Positions 10,066 to 18,551 are shown, counted from the stretch's first letter. The stretch is 32,000 nt of DNA from Verrucomicrobiota bacterium (GCA_023432225.1 JAEYUW010000029.1:43027-75026), one strand, 5' to 3'. Made by a program: numbers and translations. Notes: generated from the sequence alone by a model not told the origin.

Positions 10066-10412
10066 GGGGGACAGGGGGGAAGCGCACCCGCAGGACTAGA
10101 GCGAGCGCGACGGGGAAACAAGATCAGCAGCAATGAACGTCAGGGCCTCGCGGCTGAGTTGGGGTGAGGCCATGGCCGCTCATCTCACATTCTAGCAGAA
10201 CCGCATCGGGAAATTCTTCGCCTGTTTCCGCACAATTACATCCGATCCTAAGGTTGCAACGCCTCCGGCCCGCGGAGCTGAACAGCCGGGCGGCACGCGA
10301 GCGTGGCGAGTGCCCGCGAGCCTCATCCGCAACGATGCGCGCATTTCGCCCGTGGGCCTCGCCGGCTTTTTTGTTGGCCGGTCACGGTGGCCAGTCGCTA
10401 TCTCAAGCCGCG

Positions 10413-13400
10413 ATGTTTCGCCCCTTGGTCACCCTGCTCGCGCTCACCGGCGCGACATCCCTTGCTCCGGCTCAAACCGTCCCCGCCGCTCGCTCCGGCC
10501 AGGAACTGCGTCCCAACCTCACCGGCGCCATCGCGCGCCCGCTGCGCTATCGGCCCGACGGCGGCGAGTTCGTCATCGTCAACGGCACCGAGCGCTTCAA
10601 CCGCCCACTCTACGGCGGCGCGAGCGCGTTTCGCGCCGATGCCGGTGACCGACCGGAATTCTCGCTCTATCTTCCCGGCCGCGGCGGCGTTCTCCGTCTC
10701 GCCCTCCGCACGGCCGAGGGCTGGAAATGGCTCACCGACACCGCGCAGATCACCGCGCGCTACCGCGACGGCACGATGGTCCACGAAATCCGTGACCCGG
10801 AGCTCGGCGACGGCACGTTGACGCTCACCGCACTGGTGCCGAAATTTTCCGAAGCTCTCCTGGTGCGCGCCGAGCTGCGCAACACCCGCGCGCTCGAACT
10901 CGCGGCGGTCTACGGCGGCCTCACCGGCGAACGCGGCCGGCGCGACGGCGACCTCGGCACCGAATCCGAGCCCATCCGCGACTATTTCCGTTTTCTGCCG
11001 GAACATTGCCGCGGCAACACCGTTGCCCTCAACGACAGCGGTTTCACCGTCACAGCCCCCAAAGGCTCCGTCGCGCTCTCGCTGTCCACCTACGCGAACT
11101 TCGATCTGGCCGACGCCACCCGCGACTCGCTCGATGCGTTGCTGGCCCCCTCGCCCACTCCCGCCTTGCCGGTCGGCTTCGCGCGTTTTCCGCTGAATCA
11201 GGATCGTCCCACGATCCTCGTCCTGCAGCGCCGCGGTAACGGCGAATCCCCGCTCGCCCGCGAGGCCCTGCCGACGCTCTTCGCCGAGGCGCAGGCCCAA
11301 CTCGCCGCCATCGCCCGCCGCGTCACCATCGAGACGCCCGATCCGTTCCTGGATGCGATGCTGCCGGCGCTGAACATCGCCGCCGACGCCGTGTGGGACG
11401 ATCGTCAAAGCGCCTTCCTCCACGGAGCCGTGGCGTGGCGCATGCGTCTGCTCGGCTGGCGCGTCGGCTACGCCGGCGATGTCCTCGGCTGGTCCGACCG
11501 CACGCGCGCGCACTTCGACGGCTACGCCGCCAAGCAAAACACCTCGCCCGTCCCCGCGCAGCTGCCCGCCGCGGAAGCCGCCGCCAATCTCGCCCGCAAC
11601 GAGACCGCGCTGCACTCCAACGGCGATCTCACGAACTCGCACTACGACATGAACCTCGTGGCGCTCGACACGATTTTCCGCCACCTGCGCTGGACCGGCG
11701 ACCTCGCCTACGCCCGAAAAATCTGGCCGGTGATCGAGCGCTCGCTCGCGTGGGAACGCCGGCTGTTCCGCCGCGAATTCGGCCGCGAGAAGCTTCCGCT
11801 CTACGAAGCTTACGCCGCGATCTGGGCCAGCGACGACCTCACTTACTCCGGCGGCGGCGCCACGCACGCGACGGCCTACAATCTCCTGCATCACCGCGAA
11901 GCCGCCCGCCTCGCGCGCCTGCTCGGCCTCGATCCGGCGCCATTCGAGACCGAGGCCACGCTCATCGAACGCGGCTTGCAGCAACACCTCTGGCTCGACC
12001 GCGAAGGGTGGTTCGCCGAATCGCGCGATCTGCTCGGCCTCCAGCGCCCGCGCGCAGCCACCGCCGCGTGGACGGTTTACCACGCCGTCGACTCCCAGGC
12101 CTGCACACCGCTCCAAGCCTGGCAACTCGCCCGCTACGCCGACTCGGCGCTGCCGCGCTTCCCGCTCACCGGCCCCGGCGTTCCACCCGGCACGCACACC
12201 ATCGCGACCACCAACTGGATGCCCTACACGTGGTCGATCAACAATGTGGTCTTCGCCGAGTCCACGCACACCGCGCTCGCACTCTGGCAAGCCGGCCGCA
12301 CCGACGCCGCCAATCGCCTCTTCAAGGGCGCCGTGCTCGACAGCCTCTACCTCGGGGCGTGTCCCGGCAACATCGGCATGGCCACCGGCCTCGACGTTTA
12401 CCGCCGCGAGTCGCAACGCGATTTCGGCGACGCGATCGGCGTCGCCTCGCGCGCGCTCCTCGAAGGTTTGTTCGGCCTCCATCCCGATCTGCTCGCGAGC
12501 GAAGTCGTCGCGCGTCCGGGTTTTCCCGCCGACTGGGATCGCGCCCGCCTGCGGCACCCGCAGCTGGAATTCTCGTTCGCCCGCCGCGGCGCCACGGACC
12601 TTTACGAGCTCGACGCTCGATTCGCCAAACCGACCGCGTTTCGCCTCCAGGTGCCCGCCCGCGCCGGCAACGCCCGCGTCACTCTGAACGGCCAACCGAT
12701 CGAGTGGCGCGCGCTCTCCGACAGCGTCGGCGAACCGCGCATCGAGATCCGCGCTCCCGCGGCCGAAAAATTCACCGTCGTCATCGAATGGATCGGCACG
12801 CCGCCGCCGCCCCGGCCCGCACCGCACGTCCTCGCGCGCGACGCCGCGCTCGAGCTCGATCTCGGCGCGCGCATCGCGGAATTCGCCGATCCGCAAGGCG
12901 CGCTCGCCGACGTCTCGCTCGCCAACTCGCAACTGCGCGGACGCGCCGCCGGCCTCGCCGGCTCCCGCACGGTGTTCGCGCGGATCGAACACGGCGCCCT
13001 GCGCTGGTGGCAACCGATCGAATTCGAAATCCGCGAAGAGACCGCTGCTCCGGCGATCGTTTTCACGACCGATTGGAAAACGCCGCTCGCCGCGCCGGAG
13101 AAACTCGAACCGGTTGCGCTCGCGCCGCTCTTCAACGACCGCGTCGCGGAACTTTTCCGCCACGACTACCTCGCGCCGCGCTCGCCCTTCACGTCGCTCG
13201 CGCTCGCGCGCAACGGCTACGGCACGTGGACGCATCCGAACGGCACCTTCGCACTCGACGATTCCGGCCTCCGCGCCGTCGCCGCCGCGCAAGACAACCG
13301 ACTCACGCTGCCGAACGGCGTGCCGCTCGCCACGCCGGGCCTGCCCGACGCGCCGAATATCGCGTTCGTTTCCCAGTGGGACAACTTCCCGCGCCAGCTC

Positions 13401-13820
13401 ACCGCGCCGCTCACGGGTCACGCCCGCAAACTCTACTTGCTCATGGCCGGCTCGACCTGGGCGATGCAAAGCCGCGTCGACAACGGCGAACTCGTCGTCA
13501 CCTACCGCGACGGCACGACAACCCGCCTCGCGCTCGAGAACCCGACGACGTGGTGGCCGATCGATCAGGATTATTTCATCGACGACTTCTCGTTCTCACG
13601 CCCCGGCGGCCTGCCGCTGCGCGTCGACCTGAAGAGCGGCGCCGTGCGCGTGCTCGATCCGGTCACGTTCAAAGGCCAAGGCCGCACCGTGCCCGGCGGC
13701 GCCGCGACCGTGCTCGACCTCACGCTCGATCCGACCAAGGAACTGCAGTCGCTCACCGTCCGCGCCCTCGCCAACGACGTCGTGATCGGCCTGATTAGCG
13801 CGACGCTCGAGCGGCCTTGA
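10413..13820 (+). CDS. Large secreted multidomain protein: N-terminal beta domain, central six-hairpin (alpha/alpha)6 glycosidase-like region, C-terminal beta-sandwich; possibly DUF4450-type
   Basis: Track ORF 10164..13820. I prefer the ATG at 10413 (MFRPLVTLLALTGATSLAPAQT, signal peptide). 10335 and 10164 are alternatives. The frame is continuous for 1135 aa. It is transcribed divergently from the ABC operon. The family call is from memory only. Confidence 0.7.
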   Translation: MFRPLVTLLALTGATSLAPAQTVPAARSGQELRPNLTGAIARPLRYRPDGGEFVIVNGTERFNRPLYGGASAFRADAGDRPEFSLYLPGRGGVLRLALRTAEGWKWLTDTAQITARYRDGTMVHEIRDPELGDGTLTLTALVPKFSEALLVRAELRNTRALELAAVYGGLTGERGRRDGDLGTESEPIRDYFRFLPEHCRGNTVALNDSGFTVTAPKGSVALSLSTYANFDLADATRDSLDALLAPSPTPALPVGFARFPLNQDRPTILVLQRRGNGESPLAREALPTLFAEAQAQLAAIARRVTIETPDPFLDAMLPALNIAADAVWDDRQSAFLHGAVAWRMRLLGWRVGYAGDVLGWSDRTRAHFDGYAAKQNTSPVPAQLPAAEAAANLARNETALHSNGDLTNSHYDMNLVALDTIFRHLRWTGDLAYARKIWPVIERSLAWERRLFRREFGREKLPLYEAYAAIWASDDLTYSGGGATHATAYNLLHHREAARLARLLGLDPAPFETEATLIERGLQQHLWLDREGWFAESRDLLGLQRPRAATAAWTVYHAVDSQACTPLQAWQLARYADSALPRFPLTGPGVPPGTHTIATTNWMPYTWSINNVVFAESTHTALALWQAGRTDAANRLFKGAVLDSLYLGACPGNIGMATGLDVYRRESQRDFGDAIGVASRALLEGLFGLHPDLLASEVVARPGFPADWDRARLRHPQLEFSFARRGATDLYELDARFAKPTAFRLQVPARAGNARVTLNGQPIEWRALSDSVGEPRIEIRAPAAEKFTVVIEWIGTPPPPRPAPHVLARDAALELDLGARIAEFADPQGALADVSLANSQLRGRAAGLAGSRTVFARIEHGALRWWQPIEFEIREETAAPAIVFTTDWKTPLAAPEKLEPVALAPLFNDRVAELFRHDYLAPRSPFTSLALARNGYGTWTHPNGTFALDDSGLRAVAAAQDNRLTLPNGVPLATPGLPDAPNIAFVSQWDNFPRQLTAPLTGHARKLYLLMAGSTWAMQSRVDNGELVVTYRDGTTTRLALENPTTWWPIDQDYFIDDFSFSRPGGLPLRVDLKSGAVRVLDPVTFKGQGRTVPGGAATVLDLTLDPTKELQSLTVRALANDVVIGLISATLERP

Positions 13821-13865
13821 TTTCGCCGCTTGGCCCAGCGCCGGTTCTGGCTTTCGTGGCCCGCC

Positions 13866-14561
13866 ATGTGCACGCGCTACTCCCTGCATAACCTCGAGGC
13901 CCTGCAGCGCGCGCTGCAAAAACTCGGCCTCAAGGCGCCGGCGCAGCTCCGAACCATCTACAACGCCACGCTCACCACGCGCCTGCCCGCGATCACGAAG
14001 CGCAAAGGTGCCGTCGCGCTCGAGCCCCTCGCCTTCGGCACGCTCCTTCCGCCCAAGGCGCCCGACGAGAAACCCCTCCTGCTCGCGAACGCCCGCGCCG
14101 AAACGCTGCTCGCCCGCGCCACGTTCAAGGACGCCGTGCAACACCGCCGCTGCCTCGTCCCCGCCGACGGATTCTACGAATGGGAAAAACAGGGCCAGGC
14201 GCGCCAGCCGCACTATTTCTACCGCCGCGACGGCGCCCCGTTTTTCTTTGCCGGTCTGTGGCGCCCCGAAACGCCGATCTCGCCGCCGGCATTCGTCATC
14301 GTCACGACGTCGCCGAACAAGCTGCTCGCGCCGATCCACGACCGCATGCCCGTGATCCTTGGCGACGACGACCGGGCGACCGAGTGGCTCGGCGACGAAC
14401 CGCTGCCACCCGCGCGCCTCGAAGCGCTCTGCACGCCCTTTCCCGCGGCGGCCATGCAATCGCATCGCGTCCATCCGCGGATGAACAGCGCGCGCCACGA
14501 AGCGCCCGACTGCATCGCCCCGTTCACGCCGCCGCCGCCCGAGCGCGAGTTGTTCGACTGA
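13866..14561 (+). CDS. SOS response-associated peptidase (SRAP/YedK family), an abasic-site DNA-protein crosslinking protein
   Basis: Start is the ATG at 13866, which gives MCTRYSL with the catalytic Cys at position 2. ADGFYEW and HDRMPVIL are family hallmarks. It is residue 13 onward of track ORF 13830..14561. Confidence 0.88.
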   Translation: MCTRYSLHNLEALQRALQKLGLKAPAQLRTIYNATLTTRLPAITKRKGAVALEPLAFGTLLPPKAPDEKPLLLANARAETLLARATFKDAVQHRRCLVPADGFYEWEKQGQARQPHYFYRRDGAPFFFAGLWRPETPISPPAFVIVTTSPNKLLAPIHDRMPVILGDDDRATEWLGDEPLPPARLEALCTPFPAAAMQSHRVHPRMNSARHEAPDCIAPFTPPPPERELFD

Positions 14562-14576
14562 GCGTTTTCGCAGTGA

Positions 14577-14604
14577 GGTGGAACGCGTTGACCTCAACGC
14601 GTTC
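14577..14604. repeat. Palindromic repeat, copy A (GGTGGAACGCGTTGACCTCAACGCGTTC)
   Basis: An 11-bp perfect inverted repeat, GAACGCGTTGA/TCAACGCGTTC, lies 16 nt after the SRAP stop. The first 23 nt match 22042-22064 at 21 of 23 positions. Confidence 0.7.
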
Positions 14605-14821
14605 TCGCTCGAGCGCGTGGCGATCGACGCGCCCCGTTCGACCAAGGCACTACCTCGGGTATTTCACCACATCGCCCGCAGAGTAGCGGAAAACGGGAGT
14701 TTTTCGCTCGCGCGAACAACGAAACGCTTACGCGTTCCGCTACCGCGCCCCGCGCCTCACGCCTCACGCCATTTATGCTGTGAAATAGGCGCCCCTACGC
14801 AGCCCTGCGTATTCCCGCCGA

Positions 14822-14967
14822 CGGCCCGCTCCGTTACGCTGCCGCCGTCCAAACCAAGCCTTGGTCGGCGGTCCGGACACCAACCAACGGCTTTGTCGGC
14901 CCGCTACGCGCCGGCAAACCGCAACCATACCGCGGGCCGCCTCGTCAGGGGCGGCCCGCTTATTTTT
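14822..14967 (+). promoter_or_regulatory. Candidate pyr operon leader / transcription attenuator
   Basis: Three direct copies of CGGCCCGCT (14822-14830, 14897-14905, 14952-14960) compete for one complementary GCGGGCCG (14932-14939). The last pairing forms an intrinsic terminator 83 nt upstream of pyrR. Confidence 0.4.
14932..14967 (+). terminator. Intrinsic (Rho-independent) terminator
   Basis: A 10-bp perfect GC-rich stem, GCGGGCCGCC (14932-14941) / GGCGGCCCGC (14950-14959), with an 8-nt loop, followed by TTATTTTT. Confidence 0.75.
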
Positions 14968-15049
14968 CCGCGGAGCTTCCCTGCTGACGCAGAAATAGTT
15001 CCATTCTCAGCTCGACGCGACCGCGCACGCGTCGCAAAACCATGCCTTC

Positions 15050-15622
15050 GTGGGCACACGAAATCTGCACGACGCCAAACGCATCCGGGAAGCCATCGAA
15101 AGCCTCGCGTCGTCCATCGCATCACGCCACCGCGACTCCGCCCGTCTCCTCCTGCTGGGCATCGCCAACGGCGGCATCGTCCTCGCCGACCGCCTCGCCC
15201 TCGCGCTGAAGCGCCACGGCGTCACCTGCGGGCGCGGCACAATCGACATCTCGTTTCACCGCGACGACATCGGTCGCCACCCGATCCCCAAGGAATTTTC
15301 GCCGACGATCATCCCGCACGACGTCAACGGCGCCACCGTCATCCTCGTCGATGACGTCCTCTACTCCGGCCGCACCGTGAAGGCCGCCCTCGACGAACTC
15401 TTTGACCACGGCCGTCCGGAAACGGTCGAGCTCGCCGTCCTCGTCGACCGCGGTGGCCGCCGTCTGCCGATGGAGGCCAACTACCGCGCCCTCACGGTCG
15501 AAGCCGCCGAAGGCGAAAAGGTCGTCGTCGAACTCGACGCCCGCGACGCGAACAAAGACGCCGTCCTCGTCCGGTCGCCCGAGAAAGCGCCCAAACCGGC
15601 CAATCAGAAATCCAAAATCTAA
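15050..15622 (+). CDS. pyrR: Bifunctional pyrimidine operon regulator / uracil phosphoribosyltransferase PyrR
   Basis: Track ORF, 190 aa, GTG start. LLLGIANGGIVLADRLA and the PRPP-binding motif VILVDDVLYSGRTVKAAL. It sits immediately upstream of pyrB. Confidence 0.9.
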   Translation: MGTRNLHDAKRIREAIESLASSIASRHRDSARLLLLGIANGGIVLADRLALALKRHGVTCGRGTIDISFHRDDIGRHPIPKEFSPTIIPHDVNGATVILVDDVLYSGRTVKAALDELFDHGRPETVELAVLVDRGGRRLPMEANYRALTVEAAEGEKVVVELDARDANKDAVLVRSPEKAPKPANQKSKI

Positions 15623-15642
15623 AATTCAAAACCCTTCCCGCC

Positions 15643-16587
15643 GTGCCCTGGACGCGAAAACACTTCCTCACCGTCGAAGATCTCAGCGCCGCCGAGATCG
15701 AGCAGGTGCTCGCCACCGCCGGCGCCTTCCGCCGCATCCTCGACCGCCGCGTGAAAAAGGTCCCCGCCCTGCGCGGCAAGACCATCGTCAACCTCTTCCT
15801 CGAACCGAGCACGCGCACCCGCATCTCCTTCGAGATGGCCGCGAAGCTCCTTAGCGCTGAAGTCATCTCCTTCGACGCCGACCGCTCCAGCACCACGAAA
15901 GGCGAAACGCTCAAGGACACCGCGCTCAACATCCAAGCATTGCACGCCGACATGATCGTCCTGCGCCACTCCGCCAGTGGCTCGCCGCGTTACCTGAGCG
16001 AGCGCCTCGGCATTCCCGTAGTGAACGCCGGCGATGGCGCGCACGAGCACCCGACGCAGGCGATGTTGGACGTGTTCACGATGCGCCAGCACCTCGGCAC
16101 CGTGAAGGGCAAGAAGATCGTCATCCTCGGCGACATCCTCTTCAGCCGCGTCGCGCGCTCCGACATCCACGCGCTGACCAAGCTCGGCGCGAACGTCACA
16201 ATCGTCGGCCCGTCCACGCTCGTGCCGCACTGGTTCGAACCGCTCGGCGCCACCGTCTCGCACAACCTGCGCGAAGCCCTCGCCGACGCCGACGTCGTCA
16301 TGCTCCTCCGCATTCAGCACGAGCGTCAGGCCTCCGGCCTGTTCCCGTCGCTCGGCGAATACACCAGCATGTTCGGCCTCAACCAGGCGCGCGCCGCCTG
16401 GATCAAGCCCGACGCGATCATCATGCACCCGGGCCCGATCAACCGCGGCGTCGAGATCGACAGCGCCCTCGCCGACTCAAACCGCAGCGTGATCCTACAA
16501 CAAGTCACCAACGGCATCGCCGTCCGCATGGCCGTCCTCTACCTCTGCGCCGGCGGCCAACCCGAGCACGTCGCCCCCGTCGAGTAG
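15643..16587 (+). CDS. pyrB: Aspartate carbamoyltransferase catalytic subunit
   Basis: Track ORF, 314 aa, GTG start. Motifs STRTRISFE, LRHSASG, HPTQAMLD and MHPGPINRGVEI. Confidence 0.95.
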   Translation: MPWTRKHFLTVEDLSAAEIEQVLATAGAFRRILDRRVKKVPALRGKTIVNLFLEPSTRTRISFEMAAKLLSAEVISFDADRSSTTKGETLKDTALNIQALHADMIVLRHSASGSPRYLSERLGIPVVNAGDGAHEHPTQAMLDVFTMRQHLGTVKGKKIVILGDILFSRVARSDIHALTKLGANVTIVGPSTLVPHWFEPLGATVSHNLREALADADVVMLLRIQHERQASGLFPSLGEYTSMFGLNQARAAWIKPDAIIMHPGPINRGVEIDSALADSNRSVILQQVTNGIAVRMAVLYLCAGGQPEHVAPVE

Positions 16588-16600
16588 CATTTCAATTCAC

Positions 16601-16630
16601 GGGCCACAAAAAACACGAAGAACACAAAAA
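16601..16630. repeat. Left terminal inverted repeat of the GxxExxY cassette
   Basis: See the cassette entry. It starts 13 nt after the pyrB stop and ends 8 nt before the cassette ATG. Confidence 0.85.
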
Positions 16631-16638
16631 GGCCCGCC

Positions 16639-17022
16639 ATGCGCACCATCAACGAACTCTGTGATCTCATCCGCGAAACATCGTTTGCGATTCACTGCTA
16701 TCACCGGAACGGCCACCTGGAGAAAATCTACGAGAACGCGCTAGTGCACCGCCTCCGCAAACAGGGGATCGACGTCGCGCAACAGCGACCACTCGCCGTC
16801 TTCGACGAAGACGGGACCGTCCTGGGCGAATTCTACGCTGACCTGATCGTCGAGAACCGCCTCCCCATCGAATTGAAAGCCGCACGAAACGTCGCCGAAG
16901 AGCACATCGCCCAATTGTTGGGCTACCTCCGCTCCAGCCGCATCGAAACCGGTCTCCTGATCAATTTCGGCAGCCCGCGACTCCACGTGAAGAAATACCT
17001 GATGTCCGACAGCCTTTCCTGA
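16639..17022 (+). CDS. GxxExxY family protein (PD-(D/E)xK nuclease-fold, PDDEXK_3-like)
   Basis: Track ORF, 127 aa. It has the eponymous motif GHLEKIY (G-x-x-E-x-x-Y), and YADLIVENRLPIELKA gives the D...E-x-K nuclease signature. Confidence 0.85.
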   Translation: MRTINELCDLIRETSFAIHCYHRNGHLEKIYENALVHRLRKQGIDVAQQRPLAVFDEDGTVLGEFYADLIVENRLPIELKAARNVAEEHIAQLLGYLRSSRIETGLLINFGSPRLHVKKYLMSDSLS

Positions 17023-17023
17023 T

Positions 17024-17053
17024 TTTTCGTGTTCTTCGTGTTTTTTGTGGCCC
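17024..17053. repeat. Right terminal inverted repeat of the GxxExxY cassette
   Basis: It begins 1 nt after the cassette stop codon and ends 12 nt before the pyrC ATG. Confidence 0.85.
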
Positions 17054-17065
17054 ACTCCTAAAAAA

Positions 17066-18355
17066 ATGTCCGACCTCCTCTGGATCAAAAACGGCCGCGT
17101 CATCGATCCCGCTTCCAAACGCGATGCCATCGGCGACGTCTTCGCCATCGACGGCAAGATCGTAGCATCCCTCACCGGTGCGCAAAAAAAGCAGGCGCGC
17201 GTGGTCGACGCCAAGGGCCTCGTCGTCGCGCCCGGCCTCGTCGACATCCACGTCCACTTCCGCGAGCCCGGTCAGACGCACAAGGAGAACATCCTCACCG
17301 GCTCGCGCGCCGCGGCCGCCGGCGGTTTCACGACCGTCGTGTGTATGCCGAACACCTCGCCCGTGATCGATAACGCCGGCACGCTGCAACTCGTCAACGG
17401 CGCCGCGGCCAAGGCCGCCGTGCGCGTTTATCCGACCGCGTGCATCACCGTCGGCATGCAAGGCAAGCAGCTCGCACCGCACGGCACGTTAAAAGCCAAC
17501 GGCGCCGTCGCGCTCACCGACGACGGTCTCTGCGTCCAGTCTAACGAGCTCATGCGCCGCGCCGTCGAATACGCGAAGATGTTCGACCTCTGCGTGCTCG
17601 ACCACTGCCAGGACGACTCGCTCACCGAGAAAGCGGTGATGAACGAAGGCGCCGTCTCGACGCGCCTCGGCCTCAAAGGCTGGCCGCACGCCGCCGAGGA
17701 CATCATCGTCGCGCGCAACATCATCCTCTCCCACTACACCGGCGCGCACATCCACATGCAGCACATCAGCTCGGCCTACTCGGTCGAACTGCTCCGCCGC
17801 GCGAAAAAGGATGGCGTGCGCGTGACCGCCGAGGCGACACCGCATCACATCGCGCTCACCGAAGAGGCGCTCGCGACCTACGACACACATTTCAAGATGA
17901 ACCCGCCGCTCCGCACCGAAGCGGACCGGCAGGCCATCATCGCCGGCCTCAATGACGGCACGCTCGACTGCATCGGCACCGACCACGCCCCGCACTCGCC
18001 CGACGAAAAAGACCGCGAGTTCGACTACGCGCCCAACGGCATCATCGGCCTCGAGACCGCCCTCGCCGTCACGCTCGACGTGCTCGTCGGCGAAGCGCGC
18101 TTCAAGCTCCCCTACGTTATCGACCTGATGACCCGCCGCGCCGCGAACGTGCTCAAGCTCCCCGCCGGCACGCTCGCCGAAGGCGCCAATGCCGACGTCT
18201 GCCTCTTCGATCCGACCGAGCAGTGGATCTACGACGCCACCAAGGGCCAGTCGAAGAGCCGCAACTCCCCGTGGCACGGCAAGAAACTCACGGGCCGCGT
18301 GAAGACCACGATCGTCGGCGGCAAAGTCGTTTTCGCAGACGGCGCGATCGTCTGA
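17066..18355 (+). CDS. pyrC: Dihydroorotase (multifunctional-complex / allantoinase-like type)
   Basis: Start is the ATG at 17066 (MSDLLWIKNGRVIDP), residue 8 of track ORF 17045..18355. Metal-binding motifs DIHVHFREPG and GTDHAPH. Confidence 0.93.
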   Translation: MSDLLWIKNGRVIDPASKRDAIGDVFAIDGKIVASLTGAQKKQARVVDAKGLVVAPGLVDIHVHFREPGQTHKENILTGSRAAAAGGFTTVVCMPNTSPVIDNAGTLQLVNGAAAKAAVRVYPTACITVGMQGKQLAPHGTLKANGAVALTDDGLCVQSNELMRRAVEYAKMFDLCVLDHCQDDSLTEKAVMNEGAVSTRLGLKGWPHAAEDIIVARNIILSHYTGAHIHMQHISSAYSVELLRRAKKDGVRVTAEATPHHIALTEEALATYDTHFKMNPPLRTEADRQAIIAGLNDGTLDCIGTDHAPHSPDEKDREFDYAPNGIIGLETALAVTLDVLVGEARFKLPYVIDLMTRRAANVLKLPAGTLAEGANADVCLFDPTEQWIYDATKGQSKSRNSPWHGKKLTGRVKTTIVGGKVVFADGAIV

Positions 18356-18356
18356 A

Positions 18357-18446
18357 GTAGGACCGGCTTCAGCCGGCCCAGTTGGTGCCTCGTTCGCCTC
18401 CTGAACCCGCAAACCACGACGCATTGGGTCGGCTGAAGCCGGCCCC
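18357..18446. repeat. REP-like palindrome doublet, two hairpin units in inverted orientation
   Basis: GTAGGACCGGCTTCAGCCGGCCC (18357-18379) and GGGTCGGCTGAAGCCGGCCCC (18426-18446) are near reverse complements. The doublet starts 2 nt after the pyrC stop. Confidence 0.7.
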
Positions 18447-18551
18447 ACCACACGCGCCATCTGCACCGGCCGAACGCTCGAAACGGCCCCGTTGTTTCGC
18501 GTGACAGCGCGGCCGACTTCGTTTCAGCTCCGACGCGTCACCTCTCGGGCC

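Larger units (their letters stand above)
16601..17053. mobile_element. 453-bp cassette bounded by terminal inverted repeats, carrying only a GxxExxY / PD-(D/E)xK gene, inserted between pyrB and pyrC
   Basis: GGGCCACAAAAAACACGAAGAACAC at 16601-16625 is the exact reverse complement of 17029-17053. The match extends to about 30 nt with one indel. The ORF fills the interior almost completely. By eye the interior is less GC-rich than the flanking genes. Confidence 0.55.

Noticed and set aside
2018-10167. Long plus-strand ORFs opposite the ABC/DUF1593 operon (2018-3067, 3088-4455, 4761-6005, 5852-6838, 6759-8330, 8291-9100, 9052-10167)
   Set aside because: Each lies antisense to a gene with clear family motifs (Walker A/B, permease TM segments, SBP, DUF1593). 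All have Arg/Gly/Asp/Ala-biased translations and no motifs.
10398-13798. 1023-aa minus-strand ORF (10398-13469) and 801-aa plus-strand alternative-frame ORF (11393-13798)
   Set aside because: Both are extremely Arg/Gly/Ala/Pro-rich, with long runs of RRR and PRR and no recognisable domain. They overlap the well-composed 1135-aa frame, which has a signal peptide. They are high-GC frame artefacts.
14838-14875. Possible PyrR-binding loop (GUCCAAACCAAGCCUUGGUCGG hairpin)
   Set aside because: It only loosely resembles the purine-rich UCCAGAGAGGCU-type loop I remember from the Firmicute and mycobacterial sites. I kept the attenuator hypothesis on the basis of the terminator and the competing pairings, and I do not claim a binding site.
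14578-15354. 258-aa ORF spanning the pyr leader and the first half of pyrR
   Set aside because: It is Pro/Arg-rich and low in complexity, runs out of frame through the pyrR coding region, and crosses a strong intrinsic terminator. I treat the region as non-coding leader.
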